Origin: Emiliania huxleyi CCMP1516 | Lineage: Eukaryota | NCBI RefSeq assembly: GCF_000372725.1 | Contig: NW_005201551.1 | Span: 29,544 to 91,331, forward strand | Reading direction: 5' to 3' | DNA: 61,788 nt | Program-made: the position numbers and the translations under genes | The notes under the pieces: generated by a model | What the model was told of the DNA's origin: nothing | What the model saw: the letters and a program-made list of their open reading frames with translations, nothing else | The model's database searches: none | Shown: one piece after another, positions 1 through 12,247 of the stretch | Layout: each line of letters opens with the position of its first letter | How positions within the stretch are numbered: the first letter of the stretch is position 1

Positions 1-3000
1 GGCCGGGCAGTGCCCCTTACCGTCGGTGGGGCGCGCTCGCCTCCCCCCCTTGGCGACGTGCTGCCGGCCGGGCCGCGGCGCCGTCCGCTGCCGCGGCGGC
101 GGCTCGGCGAGCGGTATTGGGTGCTCGTCTCGGCGCACGCTCTGGAGGCGGTGCCCGGTCGCATGCCCGCTGCACTGCCTGTATGCCCGAGACGGTTTGC
201 GGCCGGGCTCAGAGCTGCCGCCGTCGCTGGTGCACCGGGCGCGGCGCTGCTACCGCGCCGTGGCGTGGCTGCTCGCGCTGCCTCTGCGCTGCCCACGCGC
301 GGCTCGGCGGGCGGGCGGCGCCATCCCCGCTCGTGCACCAGCCGCGGGCGCCCGTCACCACCCCGCCTCTCTGGGGGGGGGCGGCGAGCGCTCGCATGTG
401 CGTGCGGCTGCGCCACTCTCGAGGGCGCCGGCGGGGCCGCCGCCACCGCCGCCGCTCTACTTGAGCGAGCACTGCGCCACGGTCGCCTCCCCGGCCGCGC
501 CGACGAGAGCGTCGCGCCCAATGCTCGGCGAGGAACTTGCCCTGGGCGCAAGCCCCCCGCTGGCCCGGCGCTCCCGCTTTGCGGCGCCTTCGCACGCCGC
601 CGCCGCTGCCGTCTCACTCCGCGCAACGTGCCGCCGGGGCTAGCCCGCCGCCGACATGCTCTGCAGCGATGTGGCGGTCTGCAGTGCTATCCGCCTCGGT
701 GGCAGCACTCTCCCCTCGTCCCGGCGCCCGGCGACTGGACCTGACAGCATCTCCTGCCGTCTGTGGGGCACCCTCGCACCACCCTCTTGGCGACGCGTGC
801 TGCCGGCCGGGCCGCGGCCCAGCCCGCTACGCTCGACGGCGGGTCGGCGAGCGGCGTTGGTGCTCACTTCGGCGCACGCTCTGGAGGCGTGCTCGGCTGC
901 ACGCCCGCTGCACTGCCTGCGTGCCCGAGGCGATGTGCGGCTGAGCTCAGAGCTGTCGCCGTCGCTCACTCACTCACCGGGCGCAGCGCCGCCGGCACCA
1001 CGGCGTGGCCGCTCGCGCGGCCTCTGCGCGCTGCCAACACGTGGCTCGGCCGGCGGGCGGCACCATCGCCACTCGCTGGCCAGCCGCGGCCGCCCATTTC
1101 CACCCCGTCTCTATGGAAAGGGCGGCGGGCGGCGCGCGCGTGTGTGCGGGTGCGTGCGGCCGGACGACGGCGAGGCCGCCGCCCCGCAGCCGCTCTGCTC
1201 TAAGCGTGCGCCGCGCCGGGGTCTCGCCTCTCCAGCCTCGCCGACGAGGGTGTCGTGCTCAGTGCTCGGCGAGGCGCCTGCCCGAGGAGCGAGAGCCTCC
1301 TGGCCCGTCACGTCCGCTTGCGGCGCCGCCGCCGCCCTCGCATGCCGCCACCGCTGCCGTCTCGTTCTGCGCGACGAGACGCTCGTGTTCACTGCCGCCG
1401 ACGCGCTTGCGGCGACGCTGCGTTTTGCGGTGCGATCCGCCGCGGTGGCAGCAGCGCCTCCTCGTCCCGCTCCCGGCGAGTGGACCCAGCGCTACCTCTT
1501 GCCGTCGGCGTGGCACGCTCGCCTCTCGCTTGGCGACGCGCTGCCGGCCGGGCCGCGGCGCAGTCCGCTGCCTCGACGGCGGCTCGGCGAGCGGTGTCGA
1601 TGCTCGCTTCGGCGCGCGCTCTGGAGGCGTGTCCGGCCACATGCCCGCCGCGCTGCCGGTGCCTGTATGCCCGAGGCGATCTGCGGCCGGGCTCAGAGCT
1701 GCCGCCGCCGCTAGTACCCCGGCGCGGCGCTGCTACCGCGCCTGTCGTGGCTGCTCGCGCTGCCTCTGCGCTGCCCACGCGCGGCTCAGCGGGCGGGCGA
1801 CACTATCGCCACTCGTGCACCAGCCGCGGGCGCCCGTCACCACCCCGCCTCTTTGAGGGGGGGGCGGCGAGCGCTCGCGTGTGCGTGCGGCTGCGCCACT
1901 CTCGAGGGCGCCGGCGGGGCTGCCGCCACCGCCATCGCTCCACTTGAGCGGGCACTGCGCCGCGGTTGCCTCTCCGGCCGCGCCGACGAGAGCGTCGCCC
2001 TCAGTGCCCGGCAAGTCGCTTGCCCGGGGAGCGAGCCTCCCGCTGGCCCGGCGCCCTCCGCTCTGCGGCGCCTTCGCACGCCGCCGCCGCTGCCGTCTCA
2101 CTCCGCGCAACGTGCCGCCGGGGTTCGCCCGCCGCCGACATGATGTGCAGCGATGTGGCGGTCCGCAGTGCGATCCGCCTCGGTGGCAGCGCGCTCCCCT
2201 CGTCCCGGCGCCCGGCGACTGGACCTGAAAGCTTCTCCTGGCCGTCNNNNNNNNNNNNNNNNNNNNNNNNNNNNNNNNNNNNNNNNNNNNNNNNNNNNNN
2301 NNNNNNNNNNNNNNNNNNNNNNNNNNNNNNNNNNNNNNNNNNNNNNNNNNNNNNNNNNNNNNNNNNNNNNNNNNNNNNNNNNNNNNNNNNNNNNNNNNNN
2401 NNNNNNNNNNNNNNNNNNNNNNNNNNNNNNNNNNNNNNNNNNNNNNNNNNNNNNNNNNNNNNNNNNNNNNNNNNNNNNNNNNNNNNNNNNNNNNNNNNNN
2501 NNNNNNNNNNNNNNNNNNNNNNNNNNNNNNNNNNNNNNNNNNNNNNNNNNNNNNNNNNNNNNNNNNNNNNNNNNNNNNNNNNNNNNNNNNNNNNNNNNNN
2601 NNNNNNNNNNNNNNNNNNNNNNNNNNNNNNNNNNNNNNNNNNNNNNNNNNNNNNNNNNNNNNNNNNNNNNNNNNNNNNNNNNNNNNNNNNNNNNNNNNNN
2701 NNNNNNNNNNNNNNNNNNNNNNNNNNNNNNNNNNNNNNNNNNNNNNNNNNNNNNNNNNNNNNNNNNNNNNNNNNNNNNNNNNNNNNNNNNNNNNNNNNNN
2801 NNNNNNNNNNNNNNNNNNNNNNNNNNNNNNNNNNNNNNNNNNNNNNNNNNNNNNNNNNNNNNNNNNNNNNNNNNNNNNNNNNNNNNNNNNNNNNNNNNNN
2901 NNNNNNNNNNTCTGGGGAATATCAGAGCCCTGGTCGCCCGCCGCCGACATGCTCTGCAGCGATGTGGCGGTCCGCAGTGCGATCCGCCTCGGTGGCAGCG

Positions 3001-5670
3001 CGCTCCCTCGTCCCGGCGCCCGGCGACTGGACCTGACAGCATCTCCTGCCGTCGGTGGAGCACGCTCGCCCCGCCCCCTTGGCGACGCGTGCTGCCGGCC
3101 GGGCCGCGGCCCAGTCCGCTACGCTCGACGGCGGGTCGGCGAGCGGCGTTGGTGCTCACTTCGGCGCACGCTCTGGAGGCGTGCCTGGAGGCGTGCTCGG
3201 CCGCGTGCCCGCTGCACTGCCTGTGGGCCCGAGGCGATGTGCGGCTGAGCTCCGAGCTGTCGCCGCCGCTGCGGCGCCGGGAGCGCCGCCGGTACCACCG
3301 CGTGGCTGCTCGTGGTGCCCCTGCGCTGCCTACTCGTGGTTCGGCAGGCAGGCGACACTGTCGCCGCTTGTGCGCCGCGGCTGCGGGCACCCGTCGCCGT
3401 CCCGTCTCTCCGGGAGGAGGGGGGCGGCGCGCGCTCACGTGTGCGGGCGCCAGACCACTCTCGAGGGCGACTGCGAGGCGGCCGCCCCAGCCGCCGCTCC
3501 GCTTTGCACGCGCGCTGCGCTGTGGTCGCCTCTCCAGCCTCGCTGACGAGGGCGTCGCGCTCAGCGCTCGGCAGGGCGCTTGCTAAGGAGCGAGAGCCTC
3601 CCAGCCCTTCGCTCACGCCTTGCAGCGCCTCTGCCGCTCTCACACGCCGCCGCCGCTACCGTCTCGCTCCGCGCGACGCGACGCTCGTCTTCGCCCGCCG
3701 CCAATATGTACGGCGACGTTGCGGTCTGCAGTGCGATCCGCCGCGCTGACGGCAGTGCGCCTCTCCTCGTCCCGGCGCCCGGCGAGTGGGCCTGGCAGTG
3801 CCCCTTACCGTCGGTGGGGCGCGCTCGCCTCCCCCCCTTGGCGACGTGCTGCCGGCCGGGCCGCGGCGCCGTCCGCTGCCGCGGCGGCGGCTCGGCGAGC
3901 GGTATTGGGTGCTCGTCTCGGCGCACGCTCTGGAGGCGATGCCCGGTCGCATGCCCGCTGCACTGCCTGTATGCCCGAGGCGGTTTGCGGCCGGGCTCAG
4001 AGCTGCCGCCGTCGCTGGTGCACCGGGCGCGGCGCTGCTACCGCGCCGTGGCGTGGCTGCTCGCGCTGCCTCTGCGCTGCCCACGCGCGGCTCGGCGGGC
4101 GGGCGGCCCCATCCCCGCTCGTGCACCAGCCGCGGGCGCCCGTCACCACCCCGCCTCTCTGGGGGGGGGCGGCGAGCGCTCGCGTGTGCGTGCGGCTGCG
4201 CCACTCTCGAGGGCGCCGGCGGGGCCGCCGCCACCGCCGCCGCTCTACTTGAGCGGGCACTGCGCCGCGGTCGCCTCCCCGGCCGCGCCGACGAGAGCGT
4301 CGCGCCCAAATGCTCGGTGAGGAACTTGCCCTGGGCGCAAGCCCCCCGCTGGCCCGGCGCTCCCGCTTTGCGGCGCCTTCGCACGCCGCCGCCGCTGCCG
4401 TCTCACTCCGCGCAGCGTGCCGCCGGGGCTAGCCCGCCGCCGACATGCTCTGCAGCGATGTGGCGGTCTGCAGTGCTATCCGCCTCGGTGGCAGCACGCT
4501 CCCCTCGTCCCGGCGCCCGGCGACTGGACCTGACAGCATCTCCTGCCGTCGGTGGGGCACCCTCGCCCCACCCTCTTGGCGACGCGTGCTGCCGGCCGGG
4601 CCGCGGCCCAGCCCGCTACGCTCGACGGCGGGTCGGCGAGCGGCGTTGATGCTCACTTCGGCGCACGCTCTGGAGGCGTGCTCGGCTGCACGCCCGCTGC
4701 ACTGCCTGCGTGCCCGAGGCGATGTGCGGCTGAGCTCAGAGCTGTCGCCGTCGCTCACTCACTCACCGGGCGCAGCGGTGGGACATTGCGTCCATCGGGA
4801 CATTGCGTCCATCGGGACATTGCGTCCATCGGGCCAGCTCGCCTTCGGGTCAGTTGGCCATCGGGACATTGCGTCCATCGGGACAGCTCGCCTTCGGGTC
4901 AGTTGGCCATCGGGACATTGCGTCCATCGGGACAGCTCGCCTTCGGGTCAGTTGGCCATCGGGACATTGCGTCCATCGGGACATTGCGTCCATCGGGACA
5001 TTGCGTCCATCGGGCCAGCTCGCCTTCGGGCCAGCTGGCCATCGGGCCAGCTCGCCTTCGGGTCAGCTGGCCATCGGGCCAGCTCGCCTTTCCTCGTCCC
5101 GGCGCCCGGCGAGTGGGCCTGGCAGTACCCCTTACCGTCGGTGGGGCGCGCTCGCCTCCCCCCCTTGGCGACATGCTGCCGGCCGGGCCGCGGCGCCGTC
5201 CGCTGCCGCGGCGGCGGCTCGGCGAGCGGTATTGGGTGCTCGTCTCGGCGCACGCTCTGGAGGCGGTGCCCGGCCGCATGCCCGCTGCACTGCCTGTATG
5301 CCCGAGGCGATTTGCGGCCGGGCTCAAAGCTGCCGCCGCCGCTGGTGCGCCGGGCGCGGCGCTGCTACCGCACCATGTCGTGGCTGCTCGCGCTGCCCCT
5401 GCGCTGCCCACGCGCGGCTCGGCGGGCGGGCAACACCATCGCCGCTCGTGCACCAGCCGCGGGCGCCCGTCACCACCCCGCCTCTTTGAGGGGGGGGGCG
5501 GCGAGCGCTCGCGTGTGTGTGCGGCTGGGCCACTCTCGAGGGCGCCGGCGGGGCTGCCGCCACCGCCATCGACGGCGGCTCGACGAGCGGTGTTGGTGCT
5601 CGCTTCGGCGCGCGCTCTGAAGGCGTGTTCGACCGCGTGCCCGCTGCACTACCTGTATGCCCGAGGCGGA
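1..5670. repeat. Degenerate GC-rich tandem satellite, ~750-bp unit, with higher-order repeat
   Basis: Anchor CTCGTCCCG(G)CGCCCGGCGA recurs at ~716, 1461, 2199, 3007, 3767, 4504 and 5094. 8-988 is nearly identical to 3796-4777 (offset ~3788, about 5 units). Contains gap 2247-2910. Confidence 0.85.
4780..5090. repeat. Composite 16-17 bp minisatellite inserted in the satellite
   Basis: Interleaved variants GGGACATTGCGTCCATC, GGG(A/C)CAGCTCGCCTTC and GGG(T/C)CAG(T/C)TGGCCATC. Confidence 0.9.
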
Positions 5671-5851
5671 TCGCAGTCCTGGCAGTCGCCGTCGCAGTTC
5701 TCGCAGTTCTGTCAGTCGCCGTCGCAGCCAAGCCATGCGGTCTGCTTGCGATTACCTTGGAGCAAATGGATGGACCACCCGCCCACCCTGTCAACATCAT
5801 GTGGGAGGAACGTTGATACGTTGATGGCGCCAGCGCCTGCTGTTGACAAGT

Positions 5852-6780
5852 GGGGAGCAGACGGCTTCATCGCGAAGCTGCCCCCAGCAGGCGTCTTGAC
5901 GGGTATCAAAATTCTTCCCTACGAAAGAGGCCAACGGACCCGAGAAGGTAATTTCTCGCAGCTGCGAGACAAGTTTTCTCGGAGCGACAGCCTCAAAGAC
6001 AAAAGGGTGGATGGGTGGGGGGTGACCGCTGGTGAGCGCCAGCGGTGAGCGCCAGCGCGCCCCAGGAACGGTGGGGTGCCCTCGACCGCGCGTCCAAGTC
6101 ACTTGGGCGGACGAGCGAGCGGCACATGGCCTGACAAAGAGAAATCGGAGTCTAGCGACGAGACCGAATCTGACCAGAGGCCGTCGTCTTCAGACGCCGT
6201 CCTCAGACGAAGGTGCCTTTCAGAGGTGTCCTTCAGGAGCGTAGCTGACGTCAGTCTGTGCGCGCTCTCTCGCCTCGTCGAACCCACCACCATCCCCTTT
6301 CTCCTCCTATCTGTCTTGTGTGTGCCTTGCTGGGGGGAGCAGACGGCTTCATCGCGAAGCTGCCCCCAGCAGGCGTCTTGACGGGTATCAAAATTCTTTC
6401 GCTGCCCCCAGCAGGCGTCTTGACGGGTATCAAAATTCTTCCCTACGAAAGAGGCCAACGGACCCGAGAAAAAAATGTGTGCGACTGCAACGACGGACCG
6501 CTCGCAAGAGACCATTGGGTTTGTACTATTAACAACGAAGGCGCTCTCAAAAAAAAAACTGCCCGACAAGGGCGGGGCTGTCCCGGAAAGTGAGAGACGC
6601 CGGGCAGCGTGGCGCACAACTGAACCCTCCCATACGTGTTTGGGGTTCCTCCTTTCTTTGCTGTCCCATCTCCTCATCTCTTTCCCGCCTGGGCGGGGCA
6701 GCGGGTGGGCGCGCGGTGCGGCGTGGCGTGTGCGTGTGTGCGACTGCAACGACGGACCGCTCGCAAGGGACCATTGTATG
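5852..6780. repeat. Local direct duplications
   Basis: 5852-5946 recurs at 6334-6470 with an extra internal ~40-bp duplication. GTGTGCGACTGCAACGACGGACCGCTCGCAAG occurs at ~6477 and ~6737. Confidence 0.8.
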
Positions 6781-7597
6781 GGCCATGGAGTTACCGAGTA
6801 CACCTGTAGGATGATCTTGCGGCGTGTTTCTGGCCTTGGATTCGTGATTAGCACCCTAAATAATGCCGGGGAGCGCCCTTACCCGGAGAATTCGGGAGGT
6901 CGAGAAATCGACCCCTTTGGCCGCTGGTACCCTTCAGCCGAGAGTCCCAGACCCCCTACCCGTCGGACTACGCCTGGACCCCTCACAGAGCAGCCCACGC
7001 ACAGGTCACGCATCGGCAGATTTGACACCTGGTTCAGGCGTAGACAGCACACACTGGTCACAGTTGCATAGCCCTGCCGGGGGGGGACGAGTTCGCAAGG
7101 TTAATATTAAAGAATACAAAGTGGTGACAACCACTGAGTTCTCAGTGGACGACGAGCGTCGACTGAACAGAAGAGCGTCCCCACGACGCCTCGGTGCCAC
7201 CCACCGGGTGAAGACCATCCGGATCTTTCCACCGCGCCCTCCGGGCTGAGCGGTCCCCGCGATGGCTCACAGTCCGCCGTCACCTGGTTGAACCCCCTCC
7301 CCCCCCAGTCCTCGTACTCGTCCATGTTTCTCCAGTCCGCATATCACTCCGCCCCATCCTCCATCCGCCCACCTCCTCTGATCCCGTCTGGATACTTCCT
7401 CATTCTCTTCATCTCGTCCTTCCTCGCTCTGAATCCTCGTCCGGCACTTCCTCGCTCCTCCACCCCAGTCCGTCTCTCCACGCTTGGCCCTGCCCTCCTA
7501 GCTTGCTGCAAACTCTCGCTTCGAGAATCCACCGTCGTCCACCCCATGAACCTGTCGATCTCCTCGTCGCCCACGCCCTCGTTCCCCATGTACTCCA

Positions 7598-7601
<4 letters not shown>

Positions 7602-7666
<65 letters not shown>
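7602..7666. repeat. (CT)n microsatellite
   Basis: Perfect CT run. Confidence 0.95.
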
Positions 7667-7669
<3 letters not shown>

Positions 7670-8103
7670 TGGAGTACTTGGAGTGCGGCGCTGGCCGCTA
7701 AAAATTCTTCCGCCGGGTTTTTTATAATACCCAAAAGCTAGGCTACACAACGCCCTCTATGTTGGGTCAAGGCGGGCGCCTAGAAGAAAGCGCCGCCCCC
7801 CGAGGGGGAATCCCACCCGTACCCCGAGCCCCCGTCGAAGAGCGCGTCGAAAGCGTCGTCGCCTTCGTCGTACTCCTCCGCGTCAAAGCACCGGACCGGC
7901 TCCCCCCGGCCGTGCTCCCTTGCCCAGCGCATCTGCCGAACATGCGCACGCTGCTCCTCGCGCGCCATCTCCTCCGCGGCGCGCGGCGTCCACCCGGTGG
8001 ACGCCAACAGCGACTCGAGCGTCGCGCGATAAATCGCCTCGCCTTCCTCGCGTGATACCACCTCGCCCGCCTCCTTCGCCACCGCCGGGTTTGGAGGGCT
8101 GTG

Positions 8104-11100
8104 ATGGCAACCACTTCGAGCGGCCGCCGAGCCGAAGAGGATACCACGGCCGAAGAGAGAGCCCGATTCGCACGCGCGGTCTTGAGCTCAAAGGGCCGCG
8201 CCGCTCTGCACGGCACAGCCGTCCGGAAGCTTGGCGAAGAGATGCACGACGAGTACCGGTGCGGCGACGGGGTGGCGATACAGGTCGTGCGCTGCAGACC
8301 CACCGCCGCTGGCGCCTAGCTCGTTGCCGAGCGCTTGCATTCTTCCTAGGCGCTCATTGCGCATGCGGGCGAGTACGACTTGGAGACGCTGCGACTCGGA
8401 TGTGGCCCCGAAGGCAAGGGCACGCACGGGGACGTGACCTTTTTCGAGAAGGGTGAGCTCGCGCGGCGGCTGACGAAGCAGGCTGCAAAGAAGAGTGAGA
8501 CGCGCCGCAACCACCCGCTGCCACCCGCGCGCGCCTCAGCCACGGCTACCACCGCTACCGCGACCGCCGCGCGCGCTCCAGCGCTCAAGCCGTCTTGCAC
8601 GGCGACGGGTGCTAGCCAAGCGACGCGCCCAAAGCCCCCCCCCCGCGGAGGGGCTCGCGGAGGCGGGGGCGGAGCTGCGTCGGCGGCGCAGGCGCAGGCG
8701 CGTGGCAGCGTGGCGCCGACTCCCCGGCCTCCGGCGACGGCAGCCGCTTCCTTCGCCCCACCACAGCCCGTTGCGCCTCACGCGGCGCCCACAGAGCCAC
8801 CGGCGGCGCCCACGGAGCCACCGGCGGCGGCTGGCCACTGTGAGGACCTGCTGGCTCTGGGGATGGCCGTGGCGGAGGAGGAGGCGGCGGCGGCACCTTC
8901 AGCGGCCGCAAGCGCGGCAGCCGGCGAGAGCGCGGCTTCCTGTGCTGCCGCTGCCACTGCCGCTGCCTCTGACTCTACCGCTGCCTCTGTCGGCCTTGCT
9001 CCCGCGCCGCTCGCGCCGCTCGACAGCAACGCCGGACACCAGCCTGGCACGCGCGCCAAGCTGCCTGGCGGCGCCGGCGGCAGGCAGCGCGCAGGAGCGC
9101 CCCCCCCGGCGCGTCGAAACCCGGCTCAAGCGCCCGCTGCACCTGCTGCCGGCGCTGCGGCTGCGCCCGGGCGCGCGCGTGCCGTCGCTGCGCCAGACGC
9201 GGCGAAGCGGTTCGGGCAGCTGATTCGCGCCAAGAAAGCGGCGCACGCCGCCGAGACCGTGGCGCGGCGGCGTTCGATGGACGCGGCCGAGCAGGAAGTG
9301 GATGTGCAGCTGGAGCGGATCGCTCGGCACCGGAACCAGCTCGAGGCGGCGCAGGCGAAGGCAAGGCGCCTGCAGGCCGGCATCCAGGCCAAGGCCGCCG
9401 CGCTCGCGCAGCAGTCGCGCAAGTACCACCGCGAGATGAGCCAGCTGCAGCAGCAGCAGTACCAGGAGGAGCAGCTCGGATCGATGCGGCGGCAAATCAT
9501 CGAGCTGGAGGAGCAGCTCTCTGCGGCGGCGGCGGCGGAGGCGGCGCGCGAGATGGCTGCGCGCGAGCATGCAAACGCGCTGGCGGCGGCGCAGCATGCG
9601 GCGGAGAAGGTGCGCGTCGAGCTGCAGGAGTCGCAGGCGGAGTCACAGGCGGCTCTGGCGGAGGCTCTGGCGCGCGAGGCGGCGGCGCGCGAGGAGGTGG
9701 CAGCAGCACGGCGGCAGGCGGAGGCGGCGACGGCAGAGGCGGAGGCGGTGCGGCGGGAGGCGGAGGCGGTGCGGCGGGAGGCGGAGGCGGTGCGGCAGGA
9801 GCTCCCCTTGCAGGCCGCCGCCGCGGTCTCGATGTTGCGCACGGAGCTCGAGTCGGAGGAGGCGCGGCGCGTCGTGCCGGACATCCGCCAGCACCCGGCG
9901 GCCAAGCTAGCGGTCGAGGTGCTGGCTCACCCCTTCAAGCCGGTCGACGCCATTGCGGTCACCCTCTCCGAGGGCGGCACGCTCTTTGTGGCCGAGATCA
10001 TCGGCACCGGGGCCTTTGGCTGCGTGCAGCAGGGCGTCTTCTACCCCGACGGCTCGCCGAGGGCGCAGTTCATGTCCTTGCTGTCGCTCGTGCTGGCCAA
10101 CGAGCACGCGCGGCACGCGCGCGACTTCAACTCGGCCGAGGCGCGCGACGAGGAGGCGATCTTCGCCGCGCTCGGCGCGCTCGCCACGCAGGGGGCGGCC
10201 GGGGGCGGCTTCGAGTTCGGCACGCCCGTCGCCATCAAGCAGCTCAACTCTCAGGCAGCGCCTGTCTCCCTCAGCATAACCCAAACAGACACCTAGCGTC
10301 ATCTCACAGACGATGGTGCTGCTCTAGGCGGAGTTTCGCGACGAGAAGGCCATCATCCTTGACCTCATCCTGGCGCGCGAGCGCGAGTTCGCCGGCGACA
10401 CGACCGGAGCCGACCTGATCATCCGCGCCATCGCTTTCGACTCGCCGACCAACTCGATCATCTACCCGCTCGCCGTGATCGACCTCGAGAAGGCGCGCAC
10501 CTTCGGCGGCAGCTCACCTCGGGCTACTCCCTCACTTATGATCAACAAATGATAGGCGCTCGCCGACCCCGACGGCTACTCCGTGCCGATGAACAACGCC
10601 GTGGTGCGTTTCGTCGGCCACCAGATCGCCGTCGCCGTCGCGTACCTGCACCGCATCGGCGTCGTCCACCGCGACCTCAAGCCGCCCAACATCCTGCTCA
10701 CGGTCGGCCGCGAGGAGGTCGACGCGCTCGCCGAGCGGGCATGGCGCGGCGAGCCCGTCCCGCGCGACGTTGTGCTCGTCGCCGACCTCGGCCTGTGCGC
10801 TGCCGAGGTCGACATGTCGGCCATTTCGCCCGGCGACGACATCATGCCCGACTGCGACGGCACGGTTCCGTATATGCCACCCGAGGCGGAGGGCAGAGAC
10901 GACTCCGATCTGCTCCGGCCAAGTTCGTCACTCTGCTGCCATCCTGATAGGTGGTTGATTCGGACCAGTCCTACTACACCGAGCCCAAGCGCGACCTCTG
11001 GGCCTTGGGCATGATCATCTGCGACATGTTCGGCAAATCGAGCAACACGATCGTGGCGGGCATGGACGACCAGGAGGCCGCCAATGTCATCGTTGCGTGG

Positions 11101-11316
11101 CTTCCGGCCGGCCCCGAGCCCGGCGAGCTGGACAGCTTCGAGGCCGGCGAGATGAACAGCTTCGAGCGGGACCTGCGCGCGCCCAAGGCCGAGGACTTTC
11201 CGGACGCTGGCGACCTCGCGCACGTCGCGGCCACCCTCGGCGTGGCCTTCAAGCTCACCAAGTCGCGGCCTTGCAGCCGGCTCAGCGCTTCTGGCGCGGC
11301 GGACAAGCTGCTGTGA
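8104..11316 (+). CDS. Ser/Thr protein kinase with Ala/Pro-rich and coiled-coil N-terminus (multi-exon)
   Basis: Motifs IGTGAFGCV, VAIK, HRDLKPPN, DLG, GTVPYMPPE and DLWALG occur across exons. Intron 8284-8349 (GT-AG) joins ATG 8104 in frame to the 8380 ORF. Further introns at ~10255-10327, ~10493-10555 and ~10885-10950, apparently with GC donors. Confidence 0.85.
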
Positions 11317-12247
11317 ACAGGTACCTGACCCGCGCGCCTTGTCCTCCTGCGTCCTGCCGTGAACAGCGCCTCTTCACACAAGCGGGTGTGTGCGCAGGTC
11401 GCTTCGCCCGCGGCGGCGCTGCCGCCCCGCGCTGATGCAGTCCGTGGCCAGTGAGCGTATCGCCGCCGCCGACGCGGCGGAGAGCTCGCGACGGTGCCAT
11501 ACTCGGCGCATGAGCGGCGAGGGTGCCACGACGCAGGGACGGGAGTCCTAGTTCTCTGTCTCACGTCGACGATCGCACACGAGCGGCGAGTGGCGAGGAG
11601 CCGCGTACTGTGGAGGAGGATTGCTGTGGGAGAGGAGGGGAGTACGAGCCAAGCTGGCGAGATCGAGAGAATTACTGTTGGAGACAAGGAGTGAGTCCCG
11701 GTTTCGTGTATTGCGGCGGGGTCTCGTCTGTGTTCTCTCGTCTACACACGCTCTGAGTACCGTACGGGTAGCGCAAATACGTAAAGGTATGCATTTCTTT
11801 CGTAACGAGCTGCTATATGCCCCCCACATACCAAGCAAATCAGACTTACATGATATATTATATATACAGCCTGGCACGCGCCGCGCGCCGACGACAGCAC
11901 ACAGGCTGACAGCCGAGACAGCCCTGATTGATGTCTCTGTGCGTGACAATACCCCCGGATCCCCGGCAATGAATGAGTGTACTGCACCAATCAAGCTCTC
12001 ATAGACTAGGCGCGCAGCGCGAGAGAGTTAGTCATTACTCGATAGGAGATTCTCTTCTCAACACCAAGGTACTGAAGGACGCCGCATCAGCGCCGCATTT
12101 TCTTCTTAAGATCAAGGGTCGTGATATGACCGGAAGCACCTGCGGGGGACCCACGCGTGTGACGATGCGCGGCTGTGATGAAAACGTTTCAGCCTACCCG
12201 TTGTCGCAGATCGCAGAGCGGGGCCCACGCAGGCAATTGACGCAGCT

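Noticed and set aside
10..6048. Many long overlapping ORFs (200-500 aa)
   Set aside because: They arise from stop-poor GC satellite and N gaps; Arg/Ala/Pro-rich in all frames with no domain motifs.
7107..8082. Short protein-like minus-strand ORFs (7780-8082, 7344-7601) head-to-head with the kinase
   Set aside because: No clear ATG or recognisable domain, and interrupted by stops and a microsatellite; cannot be supported as a gene.
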